NCBI GenBank assembly: GCA_964016885.1
Contig: OZ024741.1
Location: forward strand, 218,860,001 to 218,924,000
Length of the DNA: 64,000 nt
Direction of reading: 5' to 3'
Source of the DNA: Eledone cirrhosa
Taxonomy: Eukaryota
A model generated the notes under the pieces. That model saw only the letters and a list, made by a program, of their open reading frames with translations, had not been told where the DNA came from and did no database searches. Shown piece after piece: positions 53,140-64,000 of this stretch. The translations under genes were made by a program, and so were the position numbers. The first letter of the stretch is position 1; the number at the start of each line of letters is the position of its first letter.

Positions 53140-53590
53140 CTAGCAGTGGTACCCGGCGTTGCACGGGATAAGGTATTTTGGAACGCGGGCCGCCAACAGA
53201 CCTAATCGTGGAAAAACTGCATGCCTCGACAATATGTAAAGAAAATAAACCGAATACTCGGTTGGCTGGATAATCTTTAAGATTTTCCTCGAAGAAGCAG
53301 GAAAAAATGCAGGGCATCAAGAAAATGAAATTTTTTTATGTGCATAATATGCCTTGAAATTTCGGGAAAATCGGCTAGACGTAACGCCTAAAAAAAGCCC
53401 TAAAAAGCTGGAAAAGGAAGTTTTTCACCTAATGCGGGCCCTAGGCCATAAAAAAAAGTTGGATTTACTTTGCTCACGGTATGAAGAAGAGACTGACTAA
53501 TACGTAGTTACAATTTCAAGGAAATCGGTCTGACGTAACGCCTCAAAATACCACTAAAAAGCTGAAAAAACGCAGTTTTTCACCTAATGC
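53140..53590 (-). mobile_element. Helitron-type 3' end fragment
   Basis: Minus strand CCCGTGCAACGCCGGG hairpin followed by TACCACTGCTAG|T; internal duplicated segment. Confidence 0.5.
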
Positions 53591-53592
53591 AG

Positions 53593-53730
53593 TAGAGTGG
53601 GTAATAGGAAAGTGTCAGGACCCTGACGGCTGAGCTCTGGCCGTTTCGACAGCTAAATCCTCCGACAGTTCGGATCTAGCTGTCGAAATGGCCGGAGCTC
53701 AGCCGTGGGGGTCATGACTCTTTTCCTATA
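53593..53730 (-). mobile_element. Fold-back HHR-half palindrome (family A')
   Basis: Homologous to 41930-42052; retains the GACAG-TTCGGATCTAG-CTGTC-GAAA stem II at the pivot. Confidence 0.75.
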
Positions 53731-53899
53731 TATACGAGTATATATATATATATATATATATATAAGCAAAAGGGATATTCAATTTGTTGGTAATTCAACA
53801 AATATAAATGTTTATAACTGATTCAAAGCACTCGACAGAAAACTTGAACCGATAAGTTCTTCTTTCCTGGTTATGTCAATATTTATAAAACAAACTTTG

Positions 53900-53960
53900 T
53901 ATTTTATCTGATGAGGGCGTACCAAAGTTTTAGTACCCTTGAAATATATATAATAGAATA
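53900..53960 (+). ncRNA. Type I hammerhead ribozyme motif
   Basis: TATTTTAT-CTGATGA-GGGCGTAC...GTACCCTT-GAAATATATATA-ATAGAATA. Confidence 0.75.
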
Positions 53961-53997
53961 AATATGGTTTTATATATATAGTTTCCATTTATTTAAT

Positions 53998-54071
<74 letters not shown>

Positions 54072-54676
54072 TGATAATAAGGGCTCTGCGGAGTTGCAAA
54101 TGGGTTACATATGAAAAAAGTTTGTCCTTCATCAGCGATCTTCCAACTATCATAGGCATTTCTAACGCAGAAAATATCTAAAGATAGAGAAGTTTTATCA
54201 TCTTTCTAAACATTCTAGCAAGATAGCAGTATACAGATTAATATCCATATGTAAGTAACCATGTTAAAAAAACGAATAGTTAAATAAAAAATGATAATAA
54301 TATGAATGAATTTATATATATTGTTTCTACTTTGGGCACAAAGCCAGCAATTAACCAGTACATTACTGGTACTTTATTTTATCGACCCCGTAAGGATGAA
54401 AGGCAAAGTTAACCTTAGCGGAATTTGAACTCAGAATGGCAAGGACCGTAACTCTATGCGTCAAAGCATGGCGTCCGACCCTCTACCGATACTGCCAATC
54501 CACCGTTATATATTTATATATATGTATTTATATATATTAATGTATTTATATATATTAAGCTTCAATACGTTTGGATCGTCAGAAACATGAAAATATATAA
54601 AACTATTTCCAATTTAGGGAGAGGAACGTTTATAAATGTGGTGAGATTTGTTGATACTACGATGTCATATTAATAT

Positions 54677-54774
<98 letters not shown>

Positions 54775-54870
54775 TCATTGCACACAAGGAATTGTGTACA
54801 TGTGTACATGCACACATGCATACATACATGCATACATACATACATACATACATACAAACATACATACGTA

Positions 54871-55409
54871 AGACACATTGTTGCCAGCTGCGAAAGAATG
54901 TCATCTCGCTACTACCTCCCCATGAGACACGATGGGATAGCTAGAACCATCTGGAACGCACTTCGGAAAACAAAATTAACAACAAACGAGGAAGAATATA
55001 TTGAGACAGAGGCACTAAGGAATACTGGTGGAACCTGAAAATAAAAACTGCCACTAAATTAAAGCACAACCGGCCTGATATTGTAGTTTGGGACCACACA
55101 TTGAAAACGTGTTCTGTTGTGGAGATCAGCTGCCCACTTGATGTAAACGTTGTCAGAAAAATACAGGAGAAGGAGGACATCTACGGACCATTGATGAGGA
55201 GTTTACAAATCCAGTATCCAAGATACACCTTTAGCTTCATACCCATCATTATTGGTGCTACGGGTTATATACCAACCCGCTTGGACCAAAGTATGACTGA
55301 ACTTGGATTTGCGGACAAAAAGCGCAGCTCCCTAATTCATAGTCTACAAATGGCTGCGATAGCTGGCACCTTCAAAATTTGCAAAACATTCTTGCGATTC
55401 AAGGGATGA
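54871..55409 (+). pseudogene. R4/Dong-like non-LTR element, CCHC knuckle end plus RLE domain fragment
   Basis: HIVASC...YYLPMRHDGIAR, then (frameshifted) HNRPDIVVWD...VVEISCPLD...EKEDIYGPL...PIIIGATG. The putative 3'UTR runs to ~55785; flanked by (CATA)n and (TA)n. Confidence 0.8.
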
Positions 55410-55782
55410 CAATTTCTTTTCTTTTACAACCTTGCCATCAGGAAGGTGGCCGGTCAAAAAAATATACATGGTGGTGGCTGCCAACTCATTTTTGAGTACG
55501 GCCACTACTTTATATCCATGTGGGAGAACCCCTACCGATGCGCTGAACAAGTGTGACATTTTAGTCCAGCCAGCGACTTGAAAACTCTGGTACAAACACT
55601 ACACTTGTGACAATTATTGACACATAGTGCTGGGCCCATGGTACCATGTGACGACAAGTGCAGAGAGATCTCCAGATACAAAGCAATGCCTGCGCCGTGA
55701 AGCTTTTATAGTGAGCAAAGGCACTGCACAAAGCCAGTCCCACTCTCTTAACCAAGATGGTATTTACCAAAGAGAAGAACAA

Positions 55783-55845
<63 letters not shown>

Positions 55846-57304
55846 AGTCTAGGAGAAGGAAAACTCTGATATAACACCTGCAACCCTGATGGTATCCAAC
55901 GACATACATGCATACATACATACATACATACATACATACATACATACATACATACATACATACACACATACATACATACATACATGCATGCATGCATACA
56001 TACATACATACATACATACATACATACATACATACATACATACAAACATGGTGGTTGCAAAGTCTGCTACGAGTATTGCAATCGCTTGTCAGATTACAGA
56101 AAACGGTGCACCTTAGGCTACGGCCAGCCACACGAACCTGTAACAGATCCTGAACAAGCAATACCTGTGCTTTGAAGGTTTTTTAAGTGGGAAAAGGCCT
56201 TGCACTCGACCAATCCTACTCTCTGAGTATCGAAAACACTACCCGAAAAGGAGAACGGGTCAACATCGGATGCTTCCGAAGCCGCAGGTTTATTTTTTCA
56301 AAGTTTCCCTCTCTTAGAAAGGCGTTTAAACAACAACTGGGGGCCTTTCACTCCCAGGTAAAAAAAAAAAAAGAAAGTACTATTTGGATGGCCGTTGACT
56401 CTGCTGAGTTCCTCCGCCCTTTGCCAGTTTTTGTATTTCGTCCCGCAGGGTGTCCAAATATCACCCTCTTGTCCCGACCATGAGACAGATTGTACTGGGT
56501 TACATGTTACCAGTAGCACTCGAGAGCGACCTGGCGTACATACATACATACACACACTTTCATGCATACATACATACATGCATACACACACTTTCATTCA
56601 TACATACATACATACATACATACATACATACATACATACATACATACATACATACATACATACATACATACATACACACACGTTCATTCATACATACATG
56701 CATATAAATACGCTCACACATGCATAAATACATACATACACATACATACATACATATATGCATGCATACATTCATACACATACATACATATATACATATA
56801 TACATACATAAATACATACATACTTGCTCATACACACACAAAGACGGATGTGGACTTGCTTACACACATATATATAAGTATGTACAGGTGCGAACAATGG
56901 AAAGCGTGACCACGCGCCTGCACGAAGCTGGAACACACACATACTCACATACTCACACCCCTGAGTTTACCTCCCCTTGGGAAGTGACTGTTTCTGCACA
57001 TGCGTATTCGTACAGTTGTTTTTTTCATTTCCTCATTTAAACCGATGATGTTGACCTGTTCTCCTTTTCGGGTAGTGTTTTCGATACTCAGAGAGTGGGA
57101 TTGGTCGAGTGCAAGGCCTTTTCCCACTTAAAAAAACTTTCAAAGCACAGGCATTGCTTGTTCAGGAGCTGAGGATCCGAATAAGGTGAAACAATTGTTC
57201 TCGGTAATGGTGGTGAACTAACTGTTGTGGAACTATTTCTACTAAACTCGTTCCTTGGATGGGGTGCTCTACTATTAGGAATATAACCCACCAGTGTTCT
57301 GTTA

Positions 57305-59258
<1,954 letters not shown>

Positions 59259-59706
59259 CAAAGTTTCACATAATGGGTACCGAAACTAGAACATTATTTC
59301 CATCATCACATCACCAAACCACCATCATCATCATCATCATCACTATCATCAATATTATCATCATCATCATCACCAGCACCCCCATCTCTATCACCACCAC
59401 CACCACTATCACTATCACCACCACCACCATCACCACTACAACCACCACCATCCGGTAGAGGGTCGGACGCCATGCTTTCCAGCATAGTTACGTCCCTTTG
59501 CGATCTGAGTTCGAATCCGGCCGAGGTTGACTTTGCCTTTCATCCTTACGAGGTCGATAAAATAAAGTACCAGTAATGCACTGGGTAATTGCTGGCCTTG
59601 TGCCTAAAAGTAGAAACAATTATTTCCATACCAAACACCTTAATCACACAGCCACACTTAATGTGTGTGTCTGTCTGTCTGTGTGCGTGCGTGCGTGTGT
59701 TTGCGA

Positions 59707-59769
<63 letters not shown>

Positions 59770-62107
59770 GTTGTTGGCCATGTGTTTGTCATTCTTCTTA
59801 AGAAATGTCAGGATGTCTGTTGCTGTGTTTCGACTCCTGTTTTATCGATATCGAATGTGGTATCGATATTTTATCAGATACTGTATCGATGAGACATTCC
59901 TGGGACAATAAGACATTTGAGTGGAGGAGGGTTGGAGTGGGATATGAGGGTGTGGATTGTTGGGGTGGGATATGAGTGGTGGGGGTGGAGTGGGGGTGGG
60001 GTGGGAGTGTGAATTGGGGTAGGGTATGAGGGGTGGAGTGGGGTGTGTGACGGGATGGGGTTCGATGTGAGGGGTGTGGTGTGTGGAGGGGGTATGAGAG
60101 GTGGTGTGGGTTGGGATGTGAGGGGTGGGGTGTGGGTGTGGGGTGGAGTGCGGGAATAATGAAACATTGTTGTGATGTTCCACAAGACTAACCTCGATTG
60201 TTTGTGTATGTGTGTATGTATGAGTATGTGTGTGTGAGAGTGTGTATGTATGAGTATGTGTGTGTGAGAGTGTGTATGTATGAGTATGTGTGTGTGAGAG
60301 GGTGTATGTATGAGTATGTGTGTGTGAGAGTGTGTATGTATGAGTATGTGTGTGTGAGAGGGTGTATGTATGAGTATGTGTGTGTGAGAGTGTGTATGTA
60401 TGAGTATGTGTGTGTGAGAGGGTGTATGTATGAGTATGTGTGTGTGAGAGTGTGTATGTGTGTATGTATGAGTGTGTGAGAGTGTGTATGTGTGTATGTA
60501 TGAGTGTGTGTGTGTGTATGCATGAATGTGTGTATGTGCGTGTATAAGTGTGTGTGTGTATATCTGAATGTGTGTAAGTGTAAATGTGTGTGTGCGTGTA
60601 TATGTGTATGTGCATGCATACCTGTGTGCGTGTGTGGGTGTATATATGTATTTAAGTATATTTGTACCAGTGCGTTTGTGTGTATGTATCTGTATGCATG
60701 TTTGCATGTTTGCATGTCTGTGTGTGTGTGTGTGTGGCTATGTATGTGTGTGTGTGTATGTGCACATGTGTGTGTGTTTATGTGTGGGCCTATGTATCTG
60801 TGTCTGTGCTTATGTGTGTGTGTGTGTGTGTGAGTGTGTGTGTGTGAGTGTGTGTGTGTGAGTGTGTGTGCGTGTACGTGTGTGTGTGTGTGTGTGTGTA
60901 TGTACTTTATAAGGTACAGATTATGCTGAAGACATGTACAAGTGCTGTGAACTTAACAAAGGTGAAAAAAATAGAAAGAGATTTCACAGTTGGAGACAAA
61001 CCACTCGTTTATCATTTGTTATCTCAGATGACACTTCCCTTGGAGATGTCCTTTATAGTCATACTATACCGTAAAGGGGGTGTAATATGCTAGAACGTTT
61101 TGAGATGTCAGACAGCGCTGTTTCAAGATTTGTTATGGAGGTGTATATAAAAACATGTTACACGTTTATATACAATAAACATATGGGCAGCCTCACTATC
61201 GAAGAAAAATAACTTTTCTTAACGAAATAAATGTATATTTCTCTATTTTCTTCGGTGAATATATCACAGAGTTGCCAGTACATTTTGAGAATGTCAGGAA
61301 GTGCTGTTTCAAGATTTGTTCTGGAGTTGTAAATGAAAACATATATAAACATATATAATAAGTTTATACACAATAAACATACGAGTAGCCATGTTCGTAA
61401 CGAAACAAAAAAAAAATGTTGTTCTCTATTTTACATACTAGTAACTCAGAGTTACCAGTATGTTCTGAGAATGTCAGGTAGCGTTGTTTCATGATTTGTT
61501 AATCTTTCAACAGTGACACTCACTCAAAACATATTGGCTTGAAAATACACTATACATGTATACATGTATATACACTATACATGTGTAGAATTTTTGCGTG
61601 ATGATCTTTGCTGGCGATACTCATTTGCATATAGCAAAGCAGAAAACACCAGCTGGAAAATGCTCATTTGCATAGACTACCAATTAAATATATACTGCAT
61701 ATACTCAAATATAAGTCCTATGCCTGAGAAATAGGCAAAAATCCAAACCTCGTTTATAAGCCGAGGCAGGTAATCACAAATCCAAACCTCATTTATAAGC
61801 TGAGGCAGGTAATCAACAAATATTTAGATAGTGTAGTTTGTAATAAGACTGGCCCAATGAATTACAGGTACAGTCTATCTTTTATTACGCTGTAAGTGGC
61901 TGAGCATTCTACAGGCACGTTGTAGCCTTAATGTAATTCTCAGGGAGATTCAGTGTGAAAAGGTGTATAACAAGGCTGACTCTTTGATGAACAGGTACAT
62001 TCTATTGTTTCTGATGGTGTAAGTGGCTTGACGTAATTCTCAGGGAGATTCAGCGTGACACAGTGTGTAACATGGCTAGTCTTTGAATTACAGATACAGT
62101 ACACTTT

Positions 62108-62340
62108 TAGTGGTTAGAGCATTGGCCTTGCAATCGAAAGGTTGTGAGTTCAATTCTCGGACCGGGTGATGTGTTGTTTCCTTGAGCAAGACACTTTATT
62201 TCACGTTGCTCCAGTTTACTCAGCTGTAGAAATGAGATGATAGGACTGGGGTCCCTATCATTAAATTACCCAAGACACCTCCAGCGAGATATACCTTGGA
62301 GGTGGCCAGCTAAACCTGCATAGGTGTGAGCTGTCACACA
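62108..62340 (+). mobile_element. CORE-SINE with non-RTE tail, nested in another tandemly repeated SINE-like unit (61845-62460)
   Basis: Partial A-box, B-box, CORE, and tail GACACCTCCAGCGAGATATACCTTGGAGG...GAGCTGTCAC. Confidence 0.85.
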
Positions 62341-62857
62341 CGCACATGTAGACCTTTTAGGATGGTATAAGTGGCTAAACATTTCACTGACACGAGTACT
62401 CTTAACATAATTCTGAGGGAGATCCAGCATGGCACAGTATGTAACAAAGCTGGCTCCTTAAGGTCTTCTCGAAGCTATGGTAAATAACACATGCCCAAGA
62501 TGTGATGCAATAGGATCGAACTATTGATTGGGAACTGAACTTCTTAAACATTCGGTCACCTTGTGTACACAGAAGGAGATGAGGAGGACACAGAGCACGT
62601 GGTTAACGACGGCCGCCCCACCCTGCTACACATTTACAAATGTCACCAAGATATCATTCAGACCTGTGTATGACATGACATTGTTGCTAACGAACGACGA
62701 AATGTCATCAGTAGGAGGGAAAGCCCTGGGACAAATGTCATCGTTATCGTCACAATCATCATCACTATCACCTCCACCACCACTATGATCATCCTCATCA
62801 TCATCATCATCATCATCATCACCACCACTAACAACGATCATGATTTCATTTCATCTT

Positions 62858-63620
62858 GGCACCAGCACTACCACTTTACAGAGTATACTGGTTGTATTTT
62901 ATCATGACACTAACACTACCCCTTTACAGAGTGTACTGGGTGTATTTTATCATGGTACCAGTGCTACCACTTTACATAGCATGCTGGGTGCGCTTTATCG
63001 TGGCCCCAACACTGGCACTTTACAGAAGGGACTAGTTGATTTTTTTTATCGTGGCACCAGCACTACCACTTTACAGAGTGTACTTGGTGCACTTTATCGT
63101 GACTCCAACACTAGCACTTTACAGAAGGAACTAGCTACTTTCTGTCGTGGTGTCAACATTACCACTTTACCGAGTGCATTGAGTGCTTTTTATCGTGACT
63201 CCAGCGCAACCGCTTTACAGAATGTATTAGGTACATTTTATCATGGTACCATTTCTACTACTTAAAGTGTACTGGGTGCATTTTATCATGAAACCTGCAT
63301 TGCCACTTTACAGAGAGTACTGGGTGTATTTTATCATAGCACCAACACTTCCATTTTACAGAGTGTACCGGGTGTATTTTATCATGGGACCAACACTATC
63401 ACTTTACAGTGTACTGGGTTTATTTTACTATAACTCCAACACTACCACTTTACAGAGTGTCCTGGGTGTATTTTATCATGACACCAACACTATCACTTTA
63501 CAGTGTACTGGGTGTTTTTTTACCATAATACCAACACTACCACTTTACAAAGTGTACTGGGTGTATTTTACCATAACACCAACACTACCACTTTACAAAG
63601 TGTAGTGGGTGTATTTTACC
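62858..63620 (-). repeat. Degenerate 48-bp tandem array (~15 units) related to the RTE/SINE 3'UTR motif
   Basis: Minus unit GGTGCCACGATAAAATACACCCAGTACACTCTGTAAAGTGGTAGTG resembles GGTGCCACGGAAAAAAAGCACCCAGCACTCACTGTAAATG at 24296-24335. Confidence 0.75.
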
Positions 63621-64000
63621 ATATATATATATATGCATACCACTGTACGTCTGTATACATATATGTATGTACGTATACATACTTATATATATATATATAT
63701 ATATATACATACATGCACACATATATATATGTACGTATGGATTCACCGAACATTTATTATAATGCTCGGTGTGTTTGTAAACAAACATCCCGAATTAAGC
63801 CGTACAGTATCTAGCAACCATCGTTGCTCATCTGTTCAACACTGACAAAGGAACGCTGTACTAGTTTCAAGCTTATTAGCTATCGTCAGCAACGTATACC
63901 TTCCTGCCAGATGGTTGAACGTCTGAAAGTATATACTTTCCTTATGCATATTAACGGCTGAGCAGCCTAATTTGCATATCGAGTGAGTTAATCGGCCGGG

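Noticed and set aside
62840-63265. 141-aa ORF with a 16-residue periodicity as a repetitive protein
   Set aside because: The 48-bp unit is a multiple of 3, later units frameshift, and the unit resembles a non-coding RTE 3'UTR motif.

Overview
This is eukaryotic, AT-rich, gene-poor DNA with very dense microsatellite. The repeat content points to an octopus/cephalopod intron or intergenic region (inference from the SINE/LINE families). Almost all long ORFs in the track are translations of (CA/TG)n, (TA)n, (GA)n or (CAC)n repeats. The real coding remnants are all retroelements: RTE-clade LINEs (one with an open 534-aa RT), Penelope-like elements (PLEs; RT plus C-terminal GIY-YIG), two CRE-like fragments and one R4/Dong-like restriction-endonuclease (RLE) fragment. 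There are also two tRNA-derived SINE families, Helitron-type ends, small MITEs and several minisatellites. The most striking signal is a dense set of about 12 type-I hammerhead ribozyme (HHR) motifs plus several half-motifs. Many sit in small fold-back elements inserted in (TA)n, with a shared layout: an inverted tail-less copy joined to a forward copy with a tail. In the shortest ones the fold-back point falls inside or next to the ribozyme core. A CORE-SINE uses two alternative 3' tails, and one copy is fused to a CRE-like LINE within its tail region. One weak candidate first coding exon (MATILE) lies on the minus strand. Family names come from motif recognition by eye; no database search was run, and coordinates were counted by hand.
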